Positions 1-9,782 of a stretch of 48,674 nt of DNA are shown piece by piece. Made by a program: the position numbers and the translations under genes. How positions within the stretch are numbered: position 1 is the stretch's first letter; each line of letters starts with the position of its first letter. Origin of the DNA: an archaeon (GTDB taxonomy: Archaea; Nanobdellota; Nanobdellia; Pacearchaeales; GW2011-AR1); the NCBI GenBank assembly GCA_030679115.1, contig JAUXTS010000047.1, positions 1 to 48,674 of the forward strand, in the 5' to 3' direction. The notes under the pieces are model-generated. The model had not been told where the DNA came from and did not search any database. It saw only the letters and a list, made by a program, of their open reading frames with translations.

Positions 1-404
1 ATTATTATATCTAATAAATTTTCTTTAAGCAATCCATGACATACTTTCAAGTCTTTTTCTGGATAGCTTACGCTTCCCTGAACATAACAAACCATGCTTT
101 CTCCCTCAAGTCTGCTTATTCCAAGCTCTCCTTGTGTTGCCGAAACCAGAGTTACTTGTATTCTGCAGTCATCTCCTTCCATTCCAAGAATCTTATATTT
201 CCATGTAGCAGTCGGATCTTCATTTACATATGATGCATGAAGGCAGTTCAAACTTGCATCCTGAAAGCATTCTAAATCCGCGCAAACTCTCTGTTTAAAG
301 AATATTATATAAGTTATAGTTCCAAGTAACAAAACACTAATAATAACGATTGAAACAATAAGGGCAGTTGTCCTCTTAAATTTCACCTCTTCTGGCTTCC
401 TCAT
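1..404 (-). CDS. Hypothetical single-pass membrane protein with Cys-containing ectodomain (runs off the window edge)
   Basis: Manual translation from ATG at 404: MRKPEEVKFKRTTALIVSIVIISVLLLGTITYIIFFKQRVCADLECFQDASLNC...CHGLLKENLLDII, open to position 1. TATA-like sequence about 25 nt upstream. Not in the ORF track. Confidence 0.75.
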   Translation of the reverse strand, partial: MRKPEEVKFKRTTALIVSIVIISVLLLGTITYIIFFKQRVCADLECFQDASLNCLHASYVNEDPTATWKYKILGMEGDDCRIQVTLVSATQGELGISRLEGESMVCYVQGSVSYPEKDLKVCHGLLKENLLDII

Positions 405-440
405 TTTCTAATAAGATATTTATTATATTTAAACTTACCT

Positions 441-626
441 TTAGTTCTTCTCTTCTCTGCCTTCACCAAGATAGTTAATCATTCTTGGAGACAATCTTCT
501 CCAATCTTCTTCAACTTCTTCTCCAGTTATAAAATTCCTTTTAACATATTCTTTATCGCCTCGTATGTCTCTCAAGCCAATAAGTTCATCATAATCAATA
601 TCCCAAAAATCGTCAATTTCTACCAT
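441..626 (-). CDS. Small hypothetical protein
   Basis: 61-aa ORF with an upstream TATA-like sequence; no recognisable motif. Confidence 0.6.
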   Translation of the reverse strand: MVEIDDFWDIDYDELIGLRDIRGDKEYVKRNFITGEEVEEDWRRLSPRMINYLGEGREEKN

Positions 627-670
627 AAAATTAATTTGAAATTTGAGTTATTAAATCTTATTGTGAGAAA

Positions 671-1009
671 TTATTTCTTAAGCATGGGCTCTTCAAGCAG
701 TTTTTTCTGCAGTTCACTTCTCTTGGTTCTTTCAGCTTCTTCATCTGCCTTTTCATTTTCTTCCAAAGGAACGTAGGAGCCATCTGCTTGTTTTATAAAA
801 AAAGATTTAACCCTATCTTTTGATTCTATAATTAAATAATCTTGTCCATCAATTTTTCTTTCTTGAGCCTTGACAGGTTTTCGATAATCTATATACATAT
901 AAGCGCCCAGAGTTATTCCAAAACCTATTCCTGCTATGAGAGTCATTAAAGGAGAAAATATTGAGACACGATTATTATAAGGTTTATCATCAGGCATACT
1001 TTTCCTCAC
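671..1009 (-). CDS. Hypothetical protein with N-terminal TM helix
   Basis: Hydrophobic stretch IFSPLMTLIAGIGFGITLGAYMYI followed by a charged soluble region. Confidence 0.7.
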   Translation of the reverse strand: MRKSMPDDKPYNNRVSIFSPLMTLIAGIGFGITLGAYMYIDYRKPVKAQERKIDGQDYLIIESKDRVKSFFIKQADGSYVPLEENEKADEEAERTKRSELQKKLLEEPMLKK

Positions 1010-1043
1010 AATGTTGCCCTTTTTAAGAATTTGTATTCTAAAA

Positions 1044-2195
1044 TTACAAGCTAATCAAATTAACCTTGCTTTCTTTTATATTTGAAAAATGAGTTGCAGC
1101 CAAATGTTTAACTCCACACTCCTCGCATGCTTCAACTATCGCTCCCAATGCCGAGCCGTCAATCACAACCGCAAAAACTTCTTTTCTTGAATTTCTTATT
1201 GCTCTTGAAACTTCTCTTGAACTTACGCTTCTTATAACATCAAGATTGCTGTCCAAAATCAATGCCTGCTTTGTTCCTTTGATTTTGCTGTAGGATTTGT
1301 TAAGCCCTTCTTTTATGTCTCCAGAATAAACTATTTTCTCTTCAAGTTTTTCAGGCATATCTTCTTTTATGTCCCGTGTTTTGCCCAAAAATTCTCTTAC
1401 AGGAATTCTTCTTCTCAATGCAATGATTATTTCCTTACCCATCAATTCTTCAACTTCTTTTCCATCAGGAGCAACCGCAATATAAGCTATTTTTGCATTG
1501 CTTATAACATTCTTTGCAATCAGCTTTCCGCCTCTGTCTCCATCAACAAAAAGTGTAAGTTCTTTGCCCTGTTCTCCGAGTCTGGCAATTTCAGCAGGCA
1601 GTTTAGTTCCATTCATTCCAATAACATTATTTATTCTATTTTTCAAAAGATTAACAACATCTGCTCTTCCTTCAACAACAATTATTTCATTTCCTGTTAA
1701 GTCTCCGGCAGGCAGTTTCTCTGCTCCGTATTCCTGTATTCTTGCAGCCCTCATTTCTTCTTTGACTGTCTTGCTCATTTCATCAACATTATTTCCAGAT
1801 TCTAAACTCTCAAGCAATTGTTTTGCTCTGTCAATTATGAAATTTCTTTTTGTTCCTCTTACATCTTCAATTTTAAGAATTTTTATTTTTGCTTCTGTCG
1901 GCCCTATTCTGTCAATTGTTTCCAAAGCAGCCGCAACAATAGTAGTTTCAGATTTATCCAATGCACTTGGAATTTGTATTTCCCCGATAGACTTGCCGTC
2001 AACTATTTCAAGATTAACTTCTATTCTGCCTATCTTTCCCTCTTTCTGTAATTCTCTCATTTCTAATTCGCTTCCCAATAATCCTTCTGTCTGCCCGAAT
2101 ATAGCTCCGATTACATCTGGTTTTTCTAATGGTCCTTCTGCCTTAAATGAGGCATAAACCATATACTTTATTGATACTGGACTTACTTTTGCCAT
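1044..2195 (-). CDS. dnaG: Archaeal DnaG-like TOPRIM protein
   Basis: KPDVIGAIFGQTEGLLG, TOPRIM motifs IIVVEGRADV and DGDRGG; typical archaeal DnaG. Confidence 0.95.
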   Translation of the reverse strand: MAKVSPVSIKYMVYASFKAEGPLEKPDVIGAIFGQTEGLLGSELEMRELQKEGKIGRIEVNLEIVDGKSIGEIQIPSALDKSETTIVAAALETIDRIGPTEAKIKILKIEDVRGTKRNFIIDRAKQLLESLESGNNVDEMSKTVKEEMRAARIQEYGAEKLPAGDLTGNEIIVVEGRADVVNLLKNRINNVIGMNGTKLPAEIARLGEQGKELTLFVDGDRGGKLIAKNVISNAKIAYIAVAPDGKEVEELMGKEIIIALRRRIPVREFLGKTRDIKEDMPEKLEEKIVYSGDIKEGLNKSYSKIKGTKQALILDSNLDVIRSVSSREVSRAIRNSRKEVFAVVIDGSALGAIVEACEECGVKHLAATHFSNIKESKVNLISL

Positions 2196-2500
2196 TTTTG
2201 TTTTCTCTGCCTTTTTTAAAGGCTATTATTTTTCAGTCAGAAAGAAGTTATAATACCAACGCAAATGCCCAACATGGGCGTGAATATGATGTAATTAATA
2301 CTAATTACTTCCTTCTTATAATATCCCTTGCAAAAGATGTTATTTAAAGGTTTCTAATTTTGATTTTTTAAGCAGATTTCGAAACCTTTATAATGAACAG
2401 AGTATATCGAAATTTTATTTTAATATCATTATTTTTATTTTATCTAAATATCAAATAATAAGCTTTATATACCTAAAGAATTAGACAGAATTAATTTACT

Positions 2501-2599
2501 ATGAAGAGAAAAGAGGTTGAAAAAGACGCTGAGATAGCCGACGAACACGAGGACGACTTTGAAAACGTTTTCGACGGACTGGAATCTGCAAAAGATTAA
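2501..2599 (+). CDS. Unannotated 32-aa acidic peptide
   Basis: MKRKEVEKDAEIADEHEDDFENVFDGLESAKD*, with TTTATATA about 30 nt upstream and a T-rich tract after the stop. Confidence 0.55.
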   Translation: MKRKEVEKDAEIADEHEDDFENVFDGLESAKD

Positions 2600-2667
2600 G
2601 TATTTATTTTTTTCTTTTATTTTTTTACCACAATAATACTTATATACTTCCTATTCTGGTTTAACTT

Positions 2668-3237
2668 ATGAATATAAAAGAGTCTGTTACAAGAAGAGAC
2701 ATAGATGCTAAACTTCAAGGCATGGGAGATTATGTTAAAATAGATTATCTTGTCCGCTGTTTAAAACAAGCTATGGATTTTGATACAAGAAAATTTGTTC
2801 TTATTAAACTTAGTGAAATTTATGGGCAAAAAGGAATGTATCTTGAAGCCGCGAGAATGCTTGCAGGCAGTGCGGAAATAAATTCAACATTTCAGGCAAA
2901 AATAAATGATTATGTAAAAGCCGCAGAATATTTCATGAGGGGAGGCGATTTTGATAACGCAGATTCAACTTTCAATAAAGCAGTTGTCTGTTGCAATGGA
3001 ATTCAGAAAGAAGCCATAAAAACAAAGAGAAAAGAGCTTTACAAAGCACAGGCAAAAATATACATGCAAAAAGATAAAAGAAATCAGGCTCTTCTAACTT
3101 ATGAAAAGCTTCTTTCAATAGAACAGCTCAATCCAGAAGAAAAACGAGAAGTTCAGTCAACTCTTCTTACATTATATGAAAAACTCGGAAAAATCAAGGA
3201 TTATTATAGCTTAAAGAGAAATATGAACTTGAGCTAG
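2668..3237 (+). CDS. TPR/SNAP-like helical repeat protein
   Basis: Repeated helical-hairpin pattern (AAEYFMRGGDFDNADSTFNKA; ALLTYEKLL; LYEKLG). Confidence 0.7.
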   Translation: MNIKESVTRRDIDAKLQGMGDYVKIDYLVRCLKQAMDFDTRKFVLIKLSEIYGQKGMYLEAARMLAGSAEINSTFQAKINDYVKAAEYFMRGGDFDNADSTFNKAVVCCNGIQKEAIKTKRKELYKAQAKIYMQKDKRNQALLTYEKLLSIEQLNPEEKREVQSTLLTLYEKLGKIKDYYSLKRNMNLS

Positions 3238-3271
3238 TAAAATATATAAAGAGATTTCTTCTATAATTATT

Positions 3272-3805
3272 ATGGTAAAAAAGAAACCCTATACAACTAG
3301 GGAACTTGCACGTTATGCATCAAGGCACTTTGTTCCTGGAGACACCACCCATATAGAAGATTGTACTTATGACATTGCTTTTGCAGACACTCTTATGAAA
3401 AAAGGAGAATATAATGAAGCAATGAAAGCATTAGAATATGCCGGTTCATTTGAATTGCCTTATCTTCCTGAAGAAAATAAATCTAAAGTTGCTCAAGCAA
3501 TTGTTAATCGTGCATATAGGATAGCTAAAAAAGGCAAAAGTTCTCAGTCAGGTATTCATCTTGAGGATAGAGCAAGTAAATTAGAGAAAACTTTACATAA
3601 TCGCTATCTTGATAAAGAAAGGCGTCATTTGAAGTCAACTCTTGCAGCAGCAATAATAAGCATATCTGCAGGTTTATTATTAATCTCTTCAACAATAACT
3701 GGAAGCACTATAACTAATTTGGATTCTACATCTTCAAGTATAATAGGAACAATTTTGGTAGCTGTTGGACTTATCGGCGGATTTTACTGGTTAAAAAAGA
3801 ATTAA
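3272..3805 (+). CDS. Hypothetical protein with two C-terminal TM helices
   Basis: Two hydrophobic segments separated by an ITGSTI linker, followed by a basic C-terminus. Confidence 0.75.
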   Translation: MVKKKPYTTRELARYASRHFVPGDTTHIEDCTYDIAFADTLMKKGEYNEAMKALEYAGSFELPYLPEENKSKVAQAIVNRAYRIAKKGKSSQSGIHLEDRASKLEKTLHNRYLDKERRHLKSTLAAAIISISAGLLLISSTITGSTITNLDSTSSSIIGTILVAVGLIGGFYWLKKN

Positions 3806-4137
3806 ACCAACTTTATATTTTTAAGGGCTTCTTTAATTTTAGGAATATCTTCCTTATATGCACCCCATATTCTATCCAAACTAACTTCAAAATAACCATG
3901 AACCATTAAGTCTCTGAACTGAGACATACTGAACCATGGAACCTGCTTGTTCTTTTCCTTAAGCGCTCTTGGAATATTTCTGCTTGCTTCACCTATTATT
4001 TCAAACCTTCTTACTACTCCATCTTGAAGCAGTTTATTTTTATTAAATTCTTCATGAGAAACGCCCTTCATATATTCTTCTATCTGTTTAATGCAGTCAG
4101 ATATATCGCTGAGATATAATTTGTAATCTCTTTTCAT
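3802..4137 (-). CDS. HEPN (DUF86/HepT-like) RNase toxin
   Basis: EIIGEA and RX4HXY motif (RDLMVHGY); 4-bp overlap with the upstream MNT gene. Confidence 0.9.
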   Translation of the reverse strand: MKRDYKLYLSDISDCIKQIEEYMKGVSHEEFNKNKLLQDGVVRRFEIIGEASRNIPRALKEKNKQVPWFSMSQFRDLMVHGYFEVSLDRIWGAYKEDIPKIKEALKNIKLV

Positions 4138-4433
4138 AAAATAGGTATTTCCTCTCCAAGTATTCGAACTTTTAGTTCTTTTCTTATAGCCCCATATTCT
4201 ACCAAGTCAATCTTCTTTTTAATGGCATTTTCCAGCATATTTTTAATTTCTATAAATCCAAGAAGAGACACATTTTTATTTATTTCTACTAATATATCTA
4301 CATCGCTTTTCTTTTTCTGTTCTCCTCTTGCATAACTGCCGAATATTCCAGCTCTTGTTACCTTATATTTTTTCAAAATAGGAATAATCTTTTGTCTTAT
4401 TAACACTATATCTCTATTCATATCTATAACCAT
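4134..4433 (-). CDS. Minimal nucleotidyltransferase (MntA-like) antitoxin
   Basis: GSX10DXD motif (GSYARGEQKKKSDVD) and KIDLV; paired with HEPN. Confidence 0.9.
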   Translation of the reverse strand: MVIDMNRDIVLIRQKIIPILKKYKVTRAGIFGSYARGEQKKKSDVDILVEINKNVSLLGFIEIKNMLENAIKKKIDLVEYGAIRKELKVRILGEEIPIL

Positions 4434-4459
4434 CTTTTCAACTTTTTAAGTCTTATGAA

Positions 4460-4867
4460 TTAACCAAGAATTTTCTTGAAGAATTTGAAAACATCTCTTT
4501 CTAAATCTATAAGTGCAAGTTTTGAACTTCCAAGTATCAATTTTGGCAGGTTAATATGTGAAGTTTTATGAACATGTTCAGTAGTCGGGTCAATAAAGAC
4601 TATTCCTTTCAACCTGTTTGTTTTTTCAAAATTAATATTATCTAATATTGTAGCATCTTTCGTATCAACAAAAAGAAAATCTGCTTCTTCAACAGCTTCA
4701 AATCTTCCATTTTTTTCAGATTCAAGCATAGTCAATTCAATTTCAAGTTTTTTTAATATTTTCTTCAATCTAAGATATAATTCATGCGCTCTAAGCTGAA
4801 CTTCTTCTCCAATCCCTTCTTCATTATTAATTTTCAAAGAAGGACGAACTAACACCGCTTTTGTCAT
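4460..4867 (-). CDS. Hypothetical protein
   Basis: Probable start at ATG 4867 (MTKAVLV), about 25 nt from a TATA; the longer track ORF runs into the hairpin element. Confidence 0.65.
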   Translation of the reverse strand: MTKAVLVRPSLKINNEEGIGEEVQLRAHELYLRLKKILKKLEIELTMLESEKNGRFEAVEEADFLFVDTKDATILDNINFEKTNRLKGIVFIDPTTEHVHKTSHINLPKLILGSSKLALIDLERDVFKFFKKILG

Positions 4868-4918
4868 ATTTATATCTGGAAAAGGCAGTATAAAAAATTG
4901 TCTATATGAATATAAATT

Positions 4919-5109
4919 AAGAGAAGAGTGTGTTTCAAAAATATTTATGTCAAGAAGCTTGACAGAAAACCACACACTAAAGTGTGTGGTTGTTTCTTGA
5001 GCATCCAAAAGACGAGCACTTTTTCAAACCTCGCCTTTTAAGGCGAGGTGTGCATCGTCTTTTTGATACTAGATGTATTTTTTAATTAATCACTAAACAA
5101 CTCTCTCTT
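4919..5109. repeat. Nested palindromic element (hairpin family 2) downstream of EF-1alpha
   Basis: AACCACACACT-AA-AGTGTGTGGTT (4968-4991) inside TCAAGAA...TTCTTGA; ACCTCGCCTT-TT-AAGGCGAGGT (5028-5049) inside AAAAGACGA...TCGTCTTTT; imperfect outer stem 4919-4936/5095-5109. Confidence 0.8.
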
Positions 5110-5122
5110 TTAAAAAATGAAT

Positions 5123-6406
5123 TTAAATTAATTTCTTTGCCTTTATTTCAATGCAGACACCAGCTCCAACTGTTGCTCCAGCGTCTCTTATAGCGAATCT
5201 TGCCATGTGAGGGTTAGTTGCGTTTGTTTCAATAACTAAGTTTCCGATTGGCTTCAATCTAACTTTAGCAACATCTCCGTTCTTCAAAAAGTCAGGATTC
5301 TTTGCATTTACTCCATCAGGGCTTGTCTTTTCAATAAGCTCAATGAACTGGCATGGAACCTGTGCTGTATGAATGTGGAATACTGGTGTATAACCCTTTG
5401 CAATAACTGTTGGGTGTGCAATAACTGCAATTTGAGCAACGAATTCTTCAGCAATTGTGGCTGGGCTTGAAGCATCACAGACTACATCTCCTCTTGCTAC
5501 ATCTTTCTTTCCTACTCCTCTTATGTTGATTCCAACATTGTCTCCAGCTTCAGCTTCAGACATTTGTTCATGGTGCATTTCAATAGTCTTGACTTCTCCA
5601 GGAACTCCCTTTCCGCTTCTTCCAGGCAAAATTATAACTTTCTGTCCAATCTTCATTATTCCTGTTTCAATCTTTCCAACTGGAACAGTTCCAATTCCTG
5701 TAATTTCATAAACATCCTGTAATGGCATTCTAAGTGGAAGTCCTGTTGGCTTGTTAGGCATTGTAAACAAATCAAACTGTTCCAATATTGTTGGTCCCTT
5801 GTACCATGGCATATTAGTTGATTTCTTAGCAACGTTATCTCCTTTGAATCCAGATATAGCTAAGAATGTTATTGTGTCTGGTTTGTAACCTGCCATCTTC
5901 AAAACAGCAGAAACATCAGCTTTTACTTTATTGAAAACATCTTCTTTGTAATCTACAGCGTCCATCTTGTTTATTGAAACTGCAATCTGTGCAACTCCCA
6001 TAGTCTTCAAAAGCCATACGTGCTCTTTAGTCTGAGGCTGAACTCCATCTTTTGCAGATACTGTCAAGAAAGCGCAGTCTGCCTGTGAAGCTCCAGTAAT
6101 CATGTTCTTGATAAAGTCTTTGTGTCCAGGAGCGTCAATTATTGTAACTTCATACTTATTAGTTATTAATTTTTCATAAGATAAATCAATTGTAACTCCC
6201 CTTTCTCTTTCCTCTTTGAACTTATCCATAACGAATGCGAATTCAAATCCAACTTTTCCGTGCTTCTGTGCTTCAGCCTTAAGTTTTTCAAGCTGTTCAG
6301 GTGATAATTTTCCAGAATCAAACATAAGTCTTCCTATAGTTGTAGATTTTCCGTGGTCTACGTGTCCTACAAATGCAACGTTTATTGTTGGTTTTGTCTT
6401 TGCCAT
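5123..6406 (-). CDS. tuf: Translation elongation factor 1-alpha (aEF1A)
   Basis: [26 protein letters not shown]; archaeal-type domains II/III. Confidence 0.98.
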   Translation of the reverse strand: MAKTKPTINVAFVGHVDHGKSTTIGRLMFDSGKLSPEQLEKLKAEAQKHGKVGFEFAFVMDKFKEERERGVTIDLSYEKLITNKYEVTIIDAPGHKDFIKNMITGASQADCAFLTVSAKDGVQPQTKEHVWLLKTMGVAQIAVSINKMDAVDYKEDVFNKVKADVSAVLKMAGYKPDTITFLAISGFKGDNVAKKSTNMPWYKGPTILEQFDLFTMPNKPTGLPLRMPLQDVYEITGIGTVPVGKIETGIMKIGQKVIILPGRSGKGVPGEVKTIEMHHEQMSEAEAGDNVGINIRGVGKKDVARGDVVCDASSPATIAEEFVAQIAVIAHPTVIAKGYTPVFHIHTAQVPCQFIELIEKTSPDGVNAKNPDFLKNGDVAKVRLKPIGNLVIETNATNPHMARFAIRDAGATVGAGVCIEIKAKKLI

Positions 6407-6473
6407 CTTAAATTAGATTTAATTTTGAGGGTATTTAAATATTTGTTTTTTCTATAAGATATTTAAATTAACT

Positions 6474-6890
6474 CTATCTTGAAATTAGACTTCTCTTGCC
6501 GTTTTTTCTTTCAACCATATATGAGGTGTAATCTACTTCAATAGATTGAAAATTTGTCAGCCAGATTTTTAATCTCTGTGTCTGCCTCAAGCTTCCGTCT
6601 TTCTGTCTTTCAGCAGTCGTCTTCATCCACATTTCACTGCTTAATCCATTGTCAACATCAGTTCTATGTTTTGAATCAATATCTCCGTAAAATCTTGGGC
6701 TTCCCAATTCTTTCCCATTATAATCTATAAGTTTAAGTTCAACCCCTCTTAATCCCCCGCTCTCTTCAAAATTTATTACACTTGCCAATCTGCCTCGAGC
6801 AACTATTGCATCCTTTTTCAATTCATATATTCCAGGATTCATGCTTTCTATTTGTTCATCCATATTAACTCTTTCCTCCATTTTGTTCAT
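6474..6890 (-). CDS. Hypothetical protein coupled to the kinase gene
   Basis: Overlaps or abuts the kinase stop; alternative start at the second Met (MDEQ). Confidence 0.65.
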   Translation of the reverse strand: MNKMEERVNMDEQIESMNPGIYELKKDAIVARGRLASVINFEESGGLRGVELKLIDYNGKELGSPRFYGDIDSKHRTDVDNGLSSEMWMKTTAERQKDGSLRQTQRLKIWLTNFQSIEVDYTSYMVERKNGKRSLISR

Positions 6891-8541
6891 ATTTTATTGC
6901 TGCCGCAGTTTCTTCAGTTTCTCGAGTAACTTCTTTAGTTTCTTTAATATCTTCCTTAGTTAGATACGATTTCGCAATAAATGGAATATGTTCCATTGGT
7001 AAAGGTCTTTTCTCTCCCTGCCTGAAACTATCAAGCCATACTCTTGTCGCCTTCGGATCCTTGCATGAAAATGCCAAGTCAGATAAATCATTTTTAGTAA
7101 CTGTTCTTAATGAAGCAGGCGCTTCTTCATATTGAGCATTATATTCTTTAAGCTCGCCGTTTGAAGGGTTTGTTACATAATCTATCACAAGGGGATTTCT
7201 ACTTAGCAATCTTCCAGCTACTCTCAATGAATTATTTGTTGGCCCATATCCAAGAGAATAAATTGCTCCTTCAAGCATTTTAGCAAAATCTCCTGCTGAA
7301 GGACGCTCTTCAGGATTTGGATTTAACCCCTTTCTTATAGCATCGCAAATTTTTAATCTTATTCCCTCTCTGGCACTATCTATCTCTCTCAAGCTATAGG
7401 CAGGGTCTTGAATATAATTAATCTTATTTTCTTCTTCGTCTTTTCTTCCGTCTCTGAATCCAAGTCTCGCTCTCGCACATATTTGAGGAAGCAAATCTTT
7501 TTCATCATTTATTATTCCTCCCTCTATTCTTGGATCTTCATTTAATCTCCAAGGAAGTGCCCCTCTCAAAAGTCTATAGAGTACAAGACTTAATGAATAA
7601 ACATCTGTTGCAGAGGATATATCTAAGCTCATCATCTGTTCAGGAGACATATATTCTGTAGTTCCTAATGCAGTCCCTTCTTTAGCTACCATTTTTGTCA
7701 TTGTAAAATCAGTTAGCTTCACAGTTCCTTTTCTTGTGATTAAAATATTTGCAGGTTTTATGTCTTTATTTGATAAATTAAATTCAGTATGCGCTTCTTC
7801 TGCTCCTCTTGCAACTCTTGAAGCAATAAATGCTCCTAATTGTGCAGTCAAAACATGCATTCTAGGTTTTTCATTGCTATACGGACTTGCCCAATTTCTT
7901 AATGCATCGAGCCATGAACGCAAATCTGCTTTTAATCCTCCAAATCCTCTGACATATTTCATTTCAATAAGTGGAATGCTAAGCATATTGATATCCTGTC
8001 CTCTCTGTCTTGCTTCATCTTCAAGAACATTCTGAACTTCTCTTGGAAGATCTTTATAATTTTTCATCATAAGAGGTTCACAGTTCATAAGATTTTCATG
8101 GTCAAAAAGAGACATTATTTTGCCTTCATTAATCATATTGACAATTCCGCTTGCTTCTCCACTATAACTTGTCATAAACTTTAATGCAACGTCAGATTCT
8201 CCAGAAGGCAATAAATGTCTGCCTTGTACCCAGTGAGTTCTTTTCTTTGCATGCCAAACCTGTCCCTGTCCACCCTGCCCTAATTTTTTAACATATTGAT
8301 AACTTTTCGCGTCAACAAAATCGCAGTTGTCAGGATTAAATGTTGCACTTTGCAACCTCTCATTTTCAAATTTTAATTTTTCTAATTCAGATTTAATTTG
8401 TTCAAGTTCTTGTTCAAGCCCGGCACTCTCGGTCTCGGGCCTCAATATGCCTGGAGTTTGAATCTCCTCCGCTTCTCTTGCTGCCCTTTTCTCTTTAGCT
8501 CTTCTTCTAAGATTTATTAACGTTTTTCTATCCAATGCCAT
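6865..8541 (-). CDS. Hanks-type Ser/Thr protein kinase with N-terminal coiled coil
   Basis: LGQGGQGQV, VALK, KDIKPANIL, TDFT (DFG position), GTTEYMSPEQ, TDVYSL, P..RPS; GGTGA RBS upstream. Confidence 0.88.
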   Translation of the reverse strand: MALDRKTLINLRRRAKEKRAAREAEEIQTPGILRPETESAGLEQELEQIKSELEKLKFENERLQSATFNPDNCDFVDAKSYQYVKKLGQGGQGQVWHAKKRTHWVQGRHLLPSGESDVALKFMTSYSGEASGIVNMINEGKIMSLFDHENLMNCEPLMMKNYKDLPREVQNVLEDEARQRGQDINMLSIPLIEMKYVRGFGGLKADLRSWLDALRNWASPYSNEKPRMHVLTAQLGAFIASRVARGAEEAHTEFNLSNKDIKPANILITRKGTVKLTDFTMTKMVAKEGTALGTTEYMSPEQMMSLDISSATDVYSLSLVLYRLLRGALPWRLNEDPRIEGGIINDEKDLLPQICARARLGFRDGRKDEEENKINYIQDPAYSLREIDSAREGIRLKICDAIRKGLNPNPEERPSAGDFAKMLEGAIYSLGYGPTNNSLRVAGRLLSRNPLVIDYVTNPSNGELKEYNAQYEEAPASLRTVTKNDLSDLAFSCKDPKATRVWLDSFRQGEKRPLPMEHIPFIAKSYLTKEDIKETKEVTRETEETAAAIKYEQNGGKS

Positions 8542-8603
8542 AAATCACCACATTTTTAACACTTTATAAAGTTACCGCCCAAGAGGGACAAAATAAACGA
8601 GAA

Positions 8604-8843
8604 TTAGCAATACTTGCTAAGCGGATGAGCATCCGCTTTAAATTCAGAAGAATTAATCTTAATTTTCTTGACTTCTACAGCTTCTTTCACTTCAGCAACA
8701 TTAATCTTTACTCCACTATTTAACTTTTCTACCTCATTTCTCAAGAAATTCTCAACCTGCCTGCTCATGCTCACCCCATTTTTCTTGCAATGCTTTGAAT
8801 ATTTTTCATACACATCAGCATCAACATTAAATGTCTTTAACAC
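8604..8843 (-). CDS. Ribbon-helix-helix (CopG-like) DNA-binding protein
   Basis: KTFNVDADVYEKYSKHCKKNGVSMSRQVENFL pattern; GTG start with AAGGAG upstream. Confidence 0.7.
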   Translation of the reverse strand: MLKTFNVDADVYEKYSKHCKKNGVSMSRQVENFLRNEVEKLNSGVKINVAEVKEAVEVKKIKINSSEFKADAHPLSKYC

Positions 8844-9004
8844 GTTCTTTCAACTCCTTTTTACATTATTTATAGTTATTTAATCTTAATAAACCTTTCT
8901 CTTTTAGCGTCGTTAAATTTCCCACAATTTACACTATTAAAAGTTATTTAAGGTTATTTAAAAATTTAGAATCACAACTATAATAACAAGTATTTTTCAA
9001 TATT

Positions 9005-9226
9005 CTATTTTTTATCTTTTCTGCAAGCGTTATAAATGCCATATCCTAATGCCCCACTAGCTGCAACGGCAGAAACTATTCCCATAATATAATTTTCAGA
9101 TACTATTTTTTCAGTTGCTTCTCTTACACCTCTAACTTTTGAAAAATAATCTGATGCACAATACCCATTAAATCCAGCAATTGCTCCCCATACGCTCGTA
9201 CTAAGTATTTTTATTAATTTTGACAT
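9005..9226 (-). CDS. Small two-TM hypothetical protein
   Basis: Two Gly/Ala-rich hydrophobic segments; own TATA (AAAGATTTATAAA). Confidence 0.65.
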   Translation of the reverse strand: MSKLIKILSTSVWGAIAGFNGYCASDYFSKVRGVREATEKIVSENYIMGIVSAVAASGALGYGIYNACRKDKK

Positions 9227-9378
9227 TTTATTTTCCCTTAAATTTTATAAAACATTTCATTTATAAATCTTTAGCTTATTTTACCACTTAAAAGTCAATA
9301 ATTAATAATCCTCTACTAATTTATATTATTAGATATTATTTAAGATAACTATAAAACCTCTCCCCCATTATATCTAAT

Positions 9379-9780
9379 ATGATGCCCCATAAACACTTCA
9401 TTATCTCAATGATATTTGTTATTCTTATAGCCTTATTTTTCTTTCCTCCTCTGCCTTACATTCAAATATTTCTCTGGATTGTCCTTGCAGGAATCTTCTC
9501 AATTATTGTAGATTTAGATTCAATCATTCTTTTGTATAGAAGTAATGATAAAAAGCTCAAGCCATTCAAAGATTATTCATATCTAAACAGCCATTTCAGT
9601 CAGTTTATGAAAATAATTTCAGATAATGGGATAATGAAAACCGCTTTAAGAACACACGTAATTCTTTCTGCAGTTTATCTTGCTCTCGCTTATCTTTTTA
9701 TTAATCCTTATTTCATCCCAATATCAATAGGAATTCTCTCACATCTTTTGAGCGATATTCCTAATCTTAAACACTATTAG
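9379..9780 (+). CDS. YdjM-like membrane metal-dependent hydrolase
   Basis: N-terminal H, DLD, RTH and SHLLSD motifs spaced between TM helices. Confidence 0.7.
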   Translation: MMPHKHFIISMIFVILIALFFFPPLPYIQIFLWIVLAGIFSIIVDLDSIILLYRSNDKKLKPFKDYSYLNSHFSQFMKIISDNGIMKTALRTHVILSAVYLALAYLFINPYFIPISIGILSHLLSDIPNLKHY

Positions 9781-9782
9781 AA

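Noticed and set aside
3802-4433. HEPN-MNT pair as a novel system
   Set aside because: Well-known, abundant archaeal toxin-antitoxin module with canonical motifs
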